50,080 nucleotides of DNA from Geodermatophilus sp. DF01-2 (GTDB lineage: Bacteria; Actinomycetota; Actinomycetes; Mycobacteriales; Geodermatophilaceae): NCBI RefSeq assembly GCF_004571065.1, contig NZ_SPQN01000020.1, forward strand, positions 1 through 50,080. The letters are read 5' to 3'. The first letter of the stretch is position 1. Each line of letters starts with the position of its first letter. Of the stretch, positions 15,145 to 24,973 are shown piece after piece. A program made the translations under genes and the position numbers. The notes beneath the pieces were generated by a model. The model had not been told where the DNA came from. It did no database searches and was given only the letters and a program-made list of their open reading frames with translations.

Positions 15145-15909
15145 TCAGGAGGTCGACGCCGACTGCTCGGAGGCCACCAGGTGGCACCCGGACGTCCCGA
15201 CGGGTGTGACAGGGAAACCCATCTGTGCCAGGACGTCGGCGACCGCGGCGTTCATCGTCCGCTGCACCGCCGTCTCCAGCGCAGCACCGTGGACGTGGTC
15301 GACGCTCATCCGGTCGTGCTGGCGCCAGGTGACCAGGATGCCGCCGCCTCCGGGTTCGGGGATCAGGCACACGCCGCCGGCCGCGCTGTCCTCGGCGCAG
15401 TCGTAGAGGGCGAGTCCGGCCTCGACCAGCGCCGCGCTCACCTCCACCAGGAGCGTGGTCAACTCGTCGGTGTCCGTCAGCCGCTCGTCCCAGTCGGTGG
15501 ACAGCCGGTCCAGCTGACCGCCGAGCTCGGCGAGCCAGGCACGCTCCTGGGGCGACTGCCGCCGGCCCAGTACGCCGTCGGCCTGCCGCACGCCGTAGAC
15601 GGCGTGCGCCGAGGCGGGCAGCGCGCCGGAGAGCGCGGCCCAGTCGGCCGCGATCCGGTCCGGGAAGGGGCCGGCCAGGACCCGGGCGCCCGACCGGTCC
15701 TCCGCCTGCCCGTCGGCCAGCCACCAGCCCGCACGCTGACGGGTACGCCGCCCGGCGGGATGGGTCACGGCGACCTCGGACTGCTGCTGCGGTGCCTGCG
15801 CCTGGGCGCGCTCGGCCTCGTACCGGGCGGTCGAGCTCCTGCCCAGCACGACGACCAGCCCGAGCAGCCCGAGGAAGGCCAGCACGGTCACGACCGGCTC
15901 ACCAGGCAC
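15145..15909 (-). CDS. Hypothetical protein with a single N-terminal TM anchor.
   Basis: 254 aa with varied, protein-like composition; GTG start overlapping the upstream small ORF. Confidence 0.4.
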   Translation of the reverse strand: MPGEPVVTVLAFLGLLGLVVVLGRSSTARYEAERAQAQAPQQQSEVAVTHPAGRRTRQRAGWWLADGQAEDRSGARVLAGPFPDRIAADWAALSGALPASAHAVYGVRQADGVLGRRQSPQERAWLAELGGQLDRLSTDWDERLTDTDELTTLLVEVSAALVEAGLALYDCAEDSAAGGVCLIPEPGGGGILVTWRQHDRMSVDHVHGAALETAVQRTMNAAVADVLAQMGFPVTPVGTSGCHLVASEQSASTS

Positions 15910-16117
15910 GCCAGGCCCCCTCGGGACCGGCGCCCCAGGCGGCCGCGCGACGCACCCACCGCTGCACCCGGGCCCTCAGCTCGAACCGGTGCCAGTCGGC
16001 CGGACGACCCGAGCGCGCCTCCGTGGAGGGCTCGACCGCGAACAGGTCCATCAGCAGGCTCAGCCCCTCGTCCGTCGCTCTCGAGAAGCGGAGGAGGGAT
16101 ACAGAAGGCGCGCTCAC
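15899..16117 (-). CDS. Small hypothetical protein (72 aa), translationally coupled to the downstream membrane protein.
   Basis: Overlaps the next start by 11 nt. Composition is plausible but there is no recognisable motif. Confidence 0.3.
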   Translation of the reverse strand: MSAPSVSLLRFSRATDEGLSLLMDLFAVEPSTEARSGRPADWHRFELRARVQRWVRRAAAWGAGPEGAWRAW

Positions 16118-16613
16118 GCAGGTCTCCTCAGGCGTGTCCCGTCGCGGCTGGGAAGTGCCGCGGACAGCCGGAAACGTAGGTCCCGTCCAGCCGTGACCGG
16201 CCCCGTCGGCGGAGGTCAGGGAGGCCCCGTCACTGGATCGTTGTGTGGGCCCCGATCAGCGGCCGACGACCCGCTCTTGCGCGCACTGCCTTGTCGACTT
16301 GCCACCCTCTGCCGAGCGTGGAACGGCTCCCGGCGGCACCCGGTCACGCCTCGCCCCGGCGGACCACCGGCGAGTCGTACCGGCGGATCGGCGCAGCGGC
16401 CGCTGGTGCGGCGAGCCGACGACGAGACGTGACGGCACACGAAGCCCCGTGGCCACCCTGTCCGGAGCCCGTGACCGCCGGCGCTCGGACAGGGCCGAGG
16501 GCAGGGCCGGCCGCGTCGGCCGGGCTCGAGGGGAGTCCTTCCCGAACGGCTCGCGCCTGTGGTGTGCTCAGCCCCGTCCTCCCCTCCCGCCACCGACCAG
16601 CGATGGAGACGCC

Positions 16614-17447
16614 GTGACCCCACCCACCACGCACCCGCAGCGGACCGTCCGGGTCGGCGACATCGCCGTCGCGGTCCAGGAGTACGGCGAGGGGGAACCG
16701 CTGCTGATCGTCAACGGGACGACCCAGTCCCTGGGCTTCTGGGCAGAGCCCGCGCCGGTCCTGGCCAGCCGCCACCGCGTGGTCACGTACGACCTGCGCG
16801 GCATGGGCGGGTCCGAGCGAGGCTCGGGAGACATCAGCGTCGCTTCGCTGGCGTCGGACGCCCTGGGGCTGCTCGAGGCGCTCGACATCGAGCGGGCACA
16901 CGTCCTGGGCTACTCCCTGGGCAGCGCCATCGCGCAGGAGCTCGCCCTGGCCGCTCCGGAGCGGGTGGCCTCGCTCGTCCTCTACTGCACCTGGGCCCGC
17001 ACCGACGGCTTCCAGCGCGCGGTGATCACAGGGCTCGCGCACCCCTGGCGCACCGGCGACCTCGAGGCCGCGCTCGGAGCCCTCGGGATCGCCTTCTCAC
17101 CCCAGCTGCTCGACAGCCCGCAGTTCGGCGAGCTGGTCGAGCAGCTGCTGCCGCTGTTCCCCAGCACCGAGCAGCAGGTCCGGACCACCGTGGAGCAGTG
17201 GGACGCCGACATGGCCCACGACACGCTGGACCGGCTCGGCGGCATCACGACGCCCACACTGGTCATCGCCGGCGAGCAGGACCTGCTCACCCCGCCGTGG
17301 CACGGCCGGCAGGTGGCCGAGTCCATCCCCGGCGCGAAGCTGCACCTGTTCACCGGCCCGGGCTCCAGCCATGCCCTCGGCGTCGAGCGCGCCGAGGAGT
17401 TCCTCCCTCTGGTGCAGGACTTCCTCGCGGAGCACCCGCTCTCCTGA
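16614..17447 (+). CDS. Alpha/beta-fold hydrolase (esterase/lipase-like), paralogue 1.
   Basis: 277 aa from a GTG. GYSLGSAIAQ nucleophile elbow (GxSxG); Asp and His blocks downstream. Near-identical in length and sequence to 38618..39451. Confidence 0.8.
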   Translation: MTPPTTHPQRTVRVGDIAVAVQEYGEGEPLLIVNGTTQSLGFWAEPAPVLASRHRVVTYDLRGMGGSERGSGDISVASLASDALGLLEALDIERAHVLGYSLGSAIAQELALAAPERVASLVLYCTWARTDGFQRAVITGLAHPWRTGDLEAALGALGIAFSPQLLDSPQFGELVEQLLPLFPSTEQQVRTTVEQWDADMAHDTLDRLGGITTPTLVIAGEQDLLTPPWHGRQVAESIPGAKLHLFTGPGSSHALGVERAEEFLPLVQDFLAEHPLS

Positions 17448-17658
17448 CGAGCGACGGAGGAGTTTCGCCGGCCCGCGGGAGCCGGTCGCCGTGGGCCGTG
17501 GCCGACCGGTCCACGGTGGGACCGGGCGGAATCCCGTCTCTGCGGGGCGGTACGGCGCGGGTTCGCCGCGAGGACGGGGTGGGGCTTCGCTCCTCAGGGC
17601 GCTCGCGTCGGGCATTAGTGTGGTCTGCGTCACTCCGCGCGCACTGGAGGTCCCAGTC

Positions 17659-19176
17659 ATGACGACGACCACCGAACCGGCGACCGCCCGGGAGCCACGC
17701 AGCGACAGGTCCCAGACGGAGCACGTCGATGTCCTCATCGTCGGGGCGGGGGTCTCCGGGATCGGCGCCGCCCACCACCTGCAGGAGCAGTTCCCCGACC
17801 GGTCCTTCGTCATCCTGGACGCACAGGACAACCGAGGCGGCACCTGGTGGACCCACCGGTACCCGGGCGTGCGCTCCGACAGCGACCTGTTCACGTACGG
17901 CTACCGGTTCAAGCCCTGGCGCGGCCCGTCGATCGCCGCGGGGGAAGAGATCCTCAACTACCTCGACGAGGTCATCGACGAGGACGACCTCGGCCGCCAC
18001 ATCCGCTACCACCACCGGGTCACCGCGGCCAGCTGGTCCACCGAGGACCGCCGGTGGACCGTGGAGGTCACGCGCGGCGACACCGGCGAGCAGCTGCAGT
18101 TCACCACCGACTTCCTGTGGATGTGCCAGGGCTACTACAACCACACCAAGCCCTACCAGCCGCAGTGGGAGGGCATGGACCGGTTCGAGGGACTGCTCGT
18201 GCACCCGCAGCAGTGGCCCCAGGACCTCGACCTCGCCGGCAAGCGCGTCGTCGTCATCGGCTCCGGGTCCACGGCCGCCACGCTGATCCCGGCGATCGCG
18301 CAGGAGGCGGCGCACGTGACGATGCTGCAGCGCTCCCCCTCCTACTTCCTGGCCCCGCCCCTGACCCACGAGCTCGCCGTGACGCTGCGCCAGCTGGACA
18401 TCCCCGAGGACTGGACGCACGAGATTCTCCGCCGGGCCTACGCCGCCCAGTTCAACGAGCTGGCGCGCATGTCGCACGAGGCGCCCGACGAGCTGCACGT
18501 GTTCCTCATGGAGTCCTTGAAGCCGCTGCTGCCCGAGGGCTTCGACGTCGAGAAGCACTTCACCCCTCGCTACCGCCCGTGGCAGCAGCGCATCGCGATC
18601 GTCCCGGAGGGCGACCTGTTCGCGGCGCTGCGGGAGGGGAAGGCCTCGATCGTCACCGACACCATCGAGACGTTCACCGAGAAAGGGATCCGCGTCAGCT
18701 CCGGCGAGGAGCTCGAGGCCGACGTCGTCGTCACCGCCACGGGGTTCAACCTGTCGGTCCTCGGCGACGTCGCCTTCACCGTGGACGGCGAACCGGTCGA
18801 CTTCCCGCAGCGGGTCACCTGGCGCGGCATCATGATCAGCGGGGTGCCGAACATGGCCTACGTGTTCGGCTACTTCCGGCACAGCTGGACGCTGCGTGCC
18901 GACCTCGTCAGCGACCTGGTCTGCCGGCTGTTCGAGACGATGAAGGCGAAGGGCACCACCATGGTCGTCTCGACCCTCCGGCCGGAGGACGCCGACATGC
19001 AGATCCGGCCGTGGTCCGACCCGGAGAACTTCAACGCCGGATACGTCATGCGCTCGCAGCACGTGCTGTTCAAGCAGGGCGACCGGGAGCCCTGGACCCA
19101 CATGATGGAGCACGCGCAGGAGATGGAGGTCCTGCCGAAGGCCGACCTCGACGACGGGACCCTCGTCTACCGCTGA
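17659..19176 (+). CDS. Baeyer-Villiger-type flavin monooxygenase (FAD/NADPH-dependent).
   Basis: 505 aa. GAGVSG (FAD), BVMO fingerprint FEGLLVHPQQWP (FxGxxxHxxxWP), GSGSTA (NADP). RBS GGAGG before the ATG. Confidence 0.85.
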   Translation: MTTTTEPATAREPRSDRSQTEHVDVLIVGAGVSGIGAAHHLQEQFPDRSFVILDAQDNRGGTWWTHRYPGVRSDSDLFTYGYRFKPWRGPSIAAGEEILNYLDEVIDEDDLGRHIRYHHRVTAASWSTEDRRWTVEVTRGDTGEQLQFTTDFLWMCQGYYNHTKPYQPQWEGMDRFEGLLVHPQQWPQDLDLAGKRVVVIGSGSTAATLIPAIAQEAAHVTMLQRSPSYFLAPPLTHELAVTLRQLDIPEDWTHEILRRAYAAQFNELARMSHEAPDELHVFLMESLKPLLPEGFDVEKHFTPRYRPWQQRIAIVPEGDLFAALREGKASIVTDTIETFTEKGIRVSSGEELEADVVVTATGFNLSVLGDVAFTVDGEPVDFPQRVTWRGIMISGVPNMAYVFGYFRHSWTLRADLVSDLVCRLFETMKAKGTTMVVSTLRPEDADMQIRPWSDPENFNAGYVMRSQHVLFKQGDREPWTHMMEHAQEMEVLPKADLDDGTLVYR

Positions 19177-19307
19177 GCCGGCTGCCGGAGGGGCGGGTGG
19201 GTGTGGGACTCCACCCACTCCACGACCCCGGCGAGGAGGTCACGGGGGGCGGACCCCAGTTCGAGTCAGCAAGGATGGCCATGGCGCGGGACCCCGGGAG
19301 GTCAGCG

Positions 19308-19380
19308 AGCTTCAGGGTGGGCCCCCGGGGGATCGAACCCCGAACCCGCTGATTAAAAGTCAGCTGCTCTGCCGGTTGAG
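19308..19380 (-). tRNA. tRNA-Lys (anticodon TTT).
   Basis: Hand-folded cloverleaf: acceptor GGGCCTC/GGGGCCC (one G-U pair), D-stem GCTC/GAGC, anticodon stem GCTGA/TCAGC with loop CTTTTAA, T-arm CGGGG-TTCGATC-CCCCG, discriminator A. Confidence 0.85.
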
Positions 19381-19754
19381 CTAGAGGCCCCGTGTCAGGC
19401 CGAGGCTACCCGGGTGACCGCCGCCGCTCAGATGACGTCGAACAGCAGCAGGACCAGCAGGGTCAGCAGCGCGGAGATGGCCAGCGAGCCGAGACAGCCG
19501 AGCCGGTTGGAGAAGAAGAAGAACACGAGCGCGGCAGTGCCCCGACGGATCGCCGGCGAACCCGAACCTCACGGTCCGTGCTCTTCACCACGGCGTTTCA
19601 CCTGCTCAGGTGATGACTGGAGACCCTCAAGTCACCTACCGTCGCGTCCGCCCGGTTGCCGCAGACCCCGGGCGCGCGCCCCGAGCGGCGCCCCCAGGCC
19701 CCGGCCCGGTCGTCGCGTTCCCCCCGTGACGGCCGGGCCGGACCCATCCCCGGA

Positions 19755-20600
19755 TCAGCACATCCGGTCCAGCAGGCCCCAGAGCAGGACCTCCTGCGCC
19801 GCGTCGACCGGCAGGGGCAGCGGCACCGGCTCGGCGTTCCCCACCGCGACGGCCAGCGGGAAGACGAACGGCTGCTTGGTCTCGGCCAGCACGTGCGGCT
19901 CGCAGGACGCCGCGGTGAACTCCACCTCCGCCGCCGTCCGCTCCTCCCCCGGCTCGAGCTCCATCGGCAGTCCGTCGACGGCGACGTCCAGGACGATGCT
20001 GCGCCGGGCGTCGACCACCGTGACGGCGCGGTCGTCGTCCCCGACCCGGGTGAGGACGACCGTCCCGGTGACCGACTCGGCCGTCGCGGCCAGCCCGGTG
20101 AGGCCGACCTCGGCGGCGGCGCGCAGCGAGGCGACCGCGCACTCCTCCCGGTGGACGGCGTCCAGGTCGTCGCCGGCCAACGGCACGCGCACCTCCTCCA
20201 CCGTGCCATCGGGCCGGATCAGGGTCAGCCACGCGGCGACCGGCCCGACCTCCGCGGCGCAGACCGGCTCGCCGTAGGAGGTGCGCAGGTCGATGGCCCG
20301 GCCGGGCTCGAACGCGGCGGTCAGCGCGCTCGGCGGCAGCGGAGCGAATCCCGGCGAGTCGATCGCCACCCCGGTCACCGTGAACGGCTCCTCACCGGTG
20401 CCGGTCACCCGCACGTGCACCTGCCCGTCGACCACGGCGTCGGTGCGCAGGCGCACCACCTCCGCCGCGATCCCGGGCACGGCCGGCAGCGCCGGCGTCG
20501 CGGACGTCGTCCCCGCAGCGGACCGCGGCACGGCCCCGCCCTCCGCGCCGGAGCAGGCGGCGCACAGCAGCGCGACCGCCACCAGCGCCGTCCGCCGCAT
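19755..20600 (-). CDS. Putative lipoprotein / secreted protein of unknown function.
   Basis: N-terminus MRRTALVAVALLCAACSG (signal peptide plus Cys lipobox-like); 281 aa. Confidence 0.55.
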   Translation of the reverse strand: MRRTALVAVALLCAACSGAEGGAVPRSAAGTTSATPALPAVPGIAAEVVRLRTDAVVDGQVHVRVTGTGEEPFTVTGVAIDSPGFAPLPPSALTAAFEPGRAIDLRTSYGEPVCAAEVGPVAAWLTLIRPDGTVEEVRVPLAGDDLDAVHREECAVASLRAAAEVGLTGLAATAESVTGTVVLTRVGDDDRAVTVVDARRSIVLDVAVDGLPMELEPGEERTAAEVEFTAASCEPHVLAETKQPFVFPLAVAVGNAEPVPLPLPVDAAQEVLLWGLLDRMC

Positions 20601-20639
20601 GGCCCCGCAGCGTAGGGACGGCGGCGCCCGCCGTGGGCC

Positions 20640-21521
20640 CTACCGGTCGCGGCCGGGGAGCCGGGCCATGACCCGCCCGGCCTGCATGCGGATCTCGAGC
20701 TTGTCCTGCGGGTTGGCCGCCGGGCCGCGCCGCGGCTGGCCGTCGTCCAGGTCGAACGCCGAGCCGTGCCACGGGCAGACCAGGCAGTCCGTGCCGCGCA
20801 CCTGCTGCACGGTCCCCTCGTAGAGGGGCCCGGACAGGTGTGAGCAGGCCCCGACGAAGGCGTCGACCCGCGTCCCGCGGCGGACGACGACCAGCGGGAC
20901 GTCGACGCTCGCGCCCTGGCCCTTGCGCAGCGCCGGCCGCCCCTCGGGCAGGTCGTCGAGCGGCCCGCAGTCGATCCAGTCCGAGCTCAGCGCGCGGGCC
21001 GCCGTCGCCGCGTGGGAGGCGCCGGAGGACTGCGCGTAGGACATGTGCCCACCGATGGCCGCCGCCCCGGTCGCCAGGCCCAGCCCGCCGTAGGAGAGCA
21101 CCCGCCCCAGCCCGCCGCGCCCCTTCGCGCGGGCGACGAGCGAGCCGACGTAGAGACCGAGCGCGACCGTGTTGCCCATGGCGTGGATCGCGCCGAGCCG
21201 CCGGACGCCGATGCCCTGCTCCGACCAGTCGGCCGCGCCGGACAGCGCCGCGGGGACGGCGGCGACCACCCCGGTCCCGATCAGGGCGGTGGCGGCCGGC
21301 CGCAGAGGTGGGATCGCGTCGAGCAGGCCGGCCGACGTCCAGGTCCCCACGGGGAGCTGGACGAGGACCGGATGCAGCGGGTGCCCCAGCCACGTGCCGT
21401 GCAGCAGGTCCTTGAACGTCTGTGGCTTGAGGGCGGCCTGCACGGCGCGCCGGGCCGGCTCGATCGCCTTGTCGAAGGTCGCCGTGTCCGCGACCCGGTC
21501 GAGGATCCCCATGAGGCTCAT
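20640..21521 (-). CDS. DUF2231-like membrane domain fused to a Rieske [2Fe-2S] domain.
   Basis: CSHLSGPL...CLVCPWHGSAF (CxH...CxxH Rieske ligands) in the C-terminal domain; N-terminal TM segments. Confidence 0.7.
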   Translation of the reverse strand: MSLMGILDRVADTATFDKAIEPARRAVQAALKPQTFKDLLHGTWLGHPLHPVLVQLPVGTWTSAGLLDAIPPLRPAATALIGTGVVAAVPAALSGAADWSEQGIGVRRLGAIHAMGNTVALGLYVGSLVARAKGRGGLGRVLSYGGLGLATGAAAIGGHMSYAQSSGASHAATAARALSSDWIDCGPLDDLPEGRPALRKGQGASVDVPLVVVRRGTRVDAFVGACSHLSGPLYEGTVQQVRGTDCLVCPWHGSAFDLDDGQPRRGPAANPQDKLEIRMQAGRVMARLPGRDR

Positions 21522-21713
21522 GGCGGCGTCCTACCCCCGTCGACCGGCGGCGATGCCGTCTCCGGTCGGCAGTAGCGGGAAACGATCCGACAGTGACGGC
21601 CACGCCGAAGGCTCGGCGAGTGGTGATCGACTCCACAGCGCTTCTTTCCCTTCCCAGTGCGATAACCACTGGTGCGCAGCCGACTTCCAGGTGGACCGTG
21701 CACAAAGGAGCAC

Positions 21714-22214
21714 GTGACCACCCGAGGAGACCTCGTGACCTGCCCGTCGATGCTGTCCCGCCGCCCGGCGGTCGGCGACGCCGTGGGCAGCTTCGCGACC
21801 CGGGTCCGGGCGGAGGACACCCTGGGGCAGTTCGTCCGCTTCGTCCTCGTCGGCGGGGCGACGACCCTCCTCTACGCCGCGATCTTCACCGTTCTCGAGG
21901 GGCTGGGCTACCTGCCGGCGCACGTCGTCGCCACGGCCGCCTCGACCGTGCTGGCCAACGAGATGCACCGCCGGCTCACCTTCCACGCCGGCGAGCGGGT
22001 GCACTGGTTCACCGCCCAGTGGGAGGCCGGCGGCGTCACGGTCATCGGCCTGCTGGCGACCAGCGCCGCGCTCGGCATCCTCGACTCGACGGTCCCCGAC
22101 GCGACCGTCGTCGTCCAGGTCTCCCTCGTCGCCGCGGTGACCGGTCTGATCGGCCTGATGCGATTCGTGGCGCTGCGCTGGCTGTTCCGTCCGCGGATGG
22201 CCGAGGCCGCCTGA
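21714..22214 (+). CDS. GtrA-family membrane protein.
   Basis: FVRFVLVGGATTLLYAAIFTVL... 4-TM GtrA pattern. The start is ambiguous (GTG 21714 after AAAGGAG, or ATG 21750). Confidence 0.65.
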   Translation: MTTRGDLVTCPSMLSRRPAVGDAVGSFATRVRAEDTLGQFVRFVLVGGATTLLYAAIFTVLEGLGYLPAHVVATAASTVLANEMHRRLTFHAGERVHWFTAQWEAGGVTVIGLLATSAALGILDSTVPDATVVVQVSLVAAVTGLIGLMRFVALRWLFRPRMAEAA

Positions 22215-22368
22215 CGACAGCCGCGGGAGCATCACAGCGAGCTCTGCGAGCGAGGAGCGGACCGGGGGCGCGGATGGGGGCACCTCCCGCGTGCGGGGGA
22301 CAGGCCATGGACATCGCCGGTGTCCCGTCGGCGTGTTTGAGCCACGCGCCGGTTGAGCACACGACCAC

Positions 22369-22388
22369 TGCACGTGGTTGAACGTGCA
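22369..22388. promoter_or_regulatory. Inverted repeat TGCACGT-N6-ACGTGCA, ~20 bp upstream of the wrbA start.
   Basis: Read directly; a candidate operator. Confidence 0.3.
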
Positions 22389-22408
22389 ACCAGGAACGGA
22401 GGCTCCTC

Positions 22409-23011
22409 GTGTCGAACATCGCTGTCGTCTACTACTCGTCCACCGGGAACACCCACCAGCTCGCCGCCGCGGTGGCCGACGGTGCCCGCGAGGCCGGGGC
22501 GGAGGTGCGCCTGCGCCGGGTCCCGGAGCTCGCGCCGCAGGAGGCCATCGACTCCAACCCGCTGTGGCGGGCCCACGTCGACGCCACGGCCGGCGAGGTG
22601 GAGGAGGCCACGCCGGCGGACATGGAGTGGGCCGACGGCTACGCCCTCGGGACGCCGACCCGCTTCGGCACCCCGGCCGCCCAGATGAAGCAGTTCATCG
22701 ACACCCTCGGCGGTCTGTGGTTCACCGGGAAGCTGGCGAACAAGGGCGCGACCGCGTTCACCAGCGCCCAGAACGTCCACGGCGGGAACGAGTCGACGAT
22801 CCTCACGCTGTTCAACGTCTTCTCGCACTTCGGCGCCGTGATCGTGCCGCCCGGTTACACCGACCCGCTGTTGTTCGAGGCCGGTGGCAATCCCTACGGC
22901 GTCTCCAACGCCTCCGGCGGCAAGTCCGCCACCGCCAGCGAGGCCGAGCTGACCGCCGCGCGCTACCAGGGCCGCCGGCTGGCCGAGGTGACCGCCAAGC
23001 TCGTGGCGTGA
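22409..23011 (+). CDS. wrbA: NAD(P)H:quinone oxidoreductase, WrbA type (flavodoxin-like).
   Basis: MSNIAVVYYSSTGNTHQLA...; 200 aa. RBS GGAGG before the GTG. Confidence 0.85.
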   Translation: MSNIAVVYYSSTGNTHQLAAAVADGAREAGAEVRLRRVPELAPQEAIDSNPLWRAHVDATAGEVEEATPADMEWADGYALGTPTRFGTPAAQMKQFIDTLGGLWFTGKLANKGATAFTSAQNVHGGNESTILTLFNVFSHFGAVIVPPGYTDPLLFEAGGNPYGVSNASGGKSATASEAELTAARYQGRRLAEVTAKLVA

Positions 23012-23098
23012 CACCGGCGCCCCGCGACGGCCGGCCGGGACACGCCCGCCACCGGCCGTCGCGCCGCGCCGCCCCGCCCCGCCGTTAGGTTGGCGCGG

Positions 23099-24604
23099 AT
23101 GAGCGAGCCGAGCACCGCGGGACCCTCGGCCCGCTCCGCCGTCCTGCGCGACGTGGGTCGGTGGGCGACCCGCCTGTCCGTGGTCGTGGCCGGAGCGTGG
23201 CTGGGCGTCCTGCTGCTCGGCCGGGTGGCCGCGCCGATCGGACCGTTCGACGCGACGGTGGCGTTCCGGCCCTTCGGCGGCGGGGCCGCCCTCGACATCC
23301 CTCCGCTGGGCGCCCTCCAGGTCGACGCCTACGACGGGCCGCTGCGGCTGGAGATCCAGCTCAGCCGGGTCGACGAGATCCGGGCGACGGCGCTGGCCAC
23401 CGACCCGGCCCGGCTCGACGGCCTCGTCGACCGGGTGAGCGACGACCTGCGCGACGCCGTCGAGCGGCTGGCGTGGCTGACCGCGCTCGCCGCGGTCGGC
23501 GGGGCGACGACGACGTCCCTGCTGGTGCTGCGGCGACGCCGGGAGCCGCTGATCGCCCTCGGCCTGTCCACCGCGCTGGTCGCCGGGATCGGCGGCCTGG
23601 CCGGAGCCACGTGGCGCCCCGAGGCGCTGTCGCAGCCGACCTACACCGGGCTGCTGGTCAACGCGAACAGCCTGATCGGCAGCGCGCAGGACATCGCGGC
23701 CCGCTTCGACGCCTACCGCTCCTCCCTCGAGGACCTGGTGTCGAACGTCAGCACGCTGTACTCGACGCTGTCCACGCTGCCCCCGCCCGGCGGCGCCGAC
23801 GACAGCGTGGCCCTGCTGCACGTCTCCGACGTCCACCTCAACCCCGCCGGCTTCGACCTGGTGCGGCAGGTGGTCACCCAGTTCGACGTGGACGGCGTCC
23901 TCGACACCGGGGACCTCACCGACTGGGGCAGCTCCCCGGAGAACAACCTGATCAGCTCGGTCGGCACCCTCGGCGTGCCCTACGTCTTCATCCGCGGCAA
24001 CCACGACTCCGCCGTCACCGCCGGCCTGGTCGCCGCACAGCCGAACGCCACCGTGCTGGACGACTCCGCCGTGACGGTGGCCGGCATCCAGGTCGTCGGC
24101 ACACCGGACCCCCGCTTCACCCCCGACCCGGACGCCGACGACGGCGCCGAGACGCTCGAGGAGACCGGCGAGGGCCTCGCCGAGTTCGTCGAGACGCTGC
24201 CCGAGCCGCCGGCGATCGCGATGGTGCACGACCCCGGGCAGGCGACGCCGCTGGACGGCGCCGTCCCCCTGGTCCTGGCCGGGCACACCCACGAGCGGAA
24301 GGTCACCCGGCTCGACGAGGGCACGCTGCTGATGGTGCAGGGCTCGACCGGCGGGGCCGGGCTGCGTGCCCTGCAGGGTGAGTTCCCCGAGCCGCTGACC
24401 TGCACGGTGCTCTACCTCGACCCGACCTCCGGCGAGCTCACCGCCTACGACGAGATCACCCTCGGGGGCCTCGGACAGACCGAGGTGACCATCGAGCGGG
24501 AGGTCGTCGCCGCGGCGGACGTCGGCGAGGCGGACGGCGCCCCGTCGACCCCCGCCCCCTCGACGCCGGCCCGGACGACGGCCCCCGCCTCCCCGACGGG
24601 GTGA
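23099..24604 (+). CDS. Membrane-anchored calcineurin-like metallophosphoesterase.
   Basis: N-terminal TM helices, then LHVSDVHLN, GDLTDWG, IRGNHD, AGHTHE metallophosphatase motifs. Confidence 0.75.
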   Translation: MSEPSTAGPSARSAVLRDVGRWATRLSVVVAGAWLGVLLLGRVAAPIGPFDATVAFRPFGGGAALDIPPLGALQVDAYDGPLRLEIQLSRVDEIRATALATDPARLDGLVDRVSDDLRDAVERLAWLTALAAVGGATTTSLLVLRRRREPLIALGLSTALVAGIGGLAGATWRPEALSQPTYTGLLVNANSLIGSAQDIAARFDAYRSSLEDLVSNVSTLYSTLSTLPPPGGADDSVALLHVSDVHLNPAGFDLVRQVVTQFDVDGVLDTGDLTDWGSSPENNLISSVGTLGVPYVFIRGNHDSAVTAGLVAAQPNATVLDDSAVTVAGIQVVGTPDPRFTPDPDADDGAETLEETGEGLAEFVETLPEPPAIAMVHDPGQATPLDGAVPLVLAGHTHERKVTRLDEGTLLMVQGSTGGAGLRALQGEFPEPLTCTVLYLDPTSGELTAYDEITLGGLGQTEVTIEREVVAAADVGEADGAPSTPAPSTPARTTAPASPTG

Positions 24605-24963
24605 CCCGGCGGACCTACCCTCGGCGCATGCCCACGACGACCTCGCGTGCCGCCCGGCTCGCTGCCGGAGCCCTCGCCGGCGGCCTCACGCTGCTGCCAC
24701 TGACCGCCTGCTCGTTCAGCACGGACAACCTCTCCTGCAGCGGCAGCGAGTGCTCGGTGACGCTGTCCGGCGACGCGCCGGAGGTCGAGATCCTCGGGAC
24801 GTCGCTGTCCTTCGACGGCGTCCAGGACGGACGCGCGTCCCTCGGCGTGGGCAACGCCGGCGTCTCCTGCGCCGAGGGCGAGACGGTGAGCGCCGGGCCC
24901 CTGACCCTGGAGTGCACCACCGTCGAGGCGGACTCCGTGGAGCTGACCGCCTCGCTGGGCTGA
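24601..24963 (+). CDS. Small lipoprotein of unknown function.
   Basis: Signal peptide ...LAAGALAGGLTLLPLTAC (lipobox LTAC). The GTG at 24601 forms a GTGA overlap with the upstream stop (ATG at 24628 is an alternative). Confidence 0.5.
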   Translation: MTRRTYPRRMPTTTSRAARLAAGALAGGLTLLPLTACSFSTDNLSCSGSECSVTLSGDAPEVEILGTSLSFDGVQDGRASLGVGNAGVSCAEGETVSAGPLTLECTTVEADSVELTASLG

Positions 24964-24973
24964 GGCCCCGGGC

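Noticed and set aside
17350-19218. 622-aa minus-strand ORF.
   Set aside because: Antisense to the BVMO gene.
22232-24292. 686-aa minus-strand ORF.
   Set aside because: Antisense to the wrbA and metallophosphoesterase genes, both of which have clear family motifs. Its translation is Gly/Arg/Val/Asp junk.
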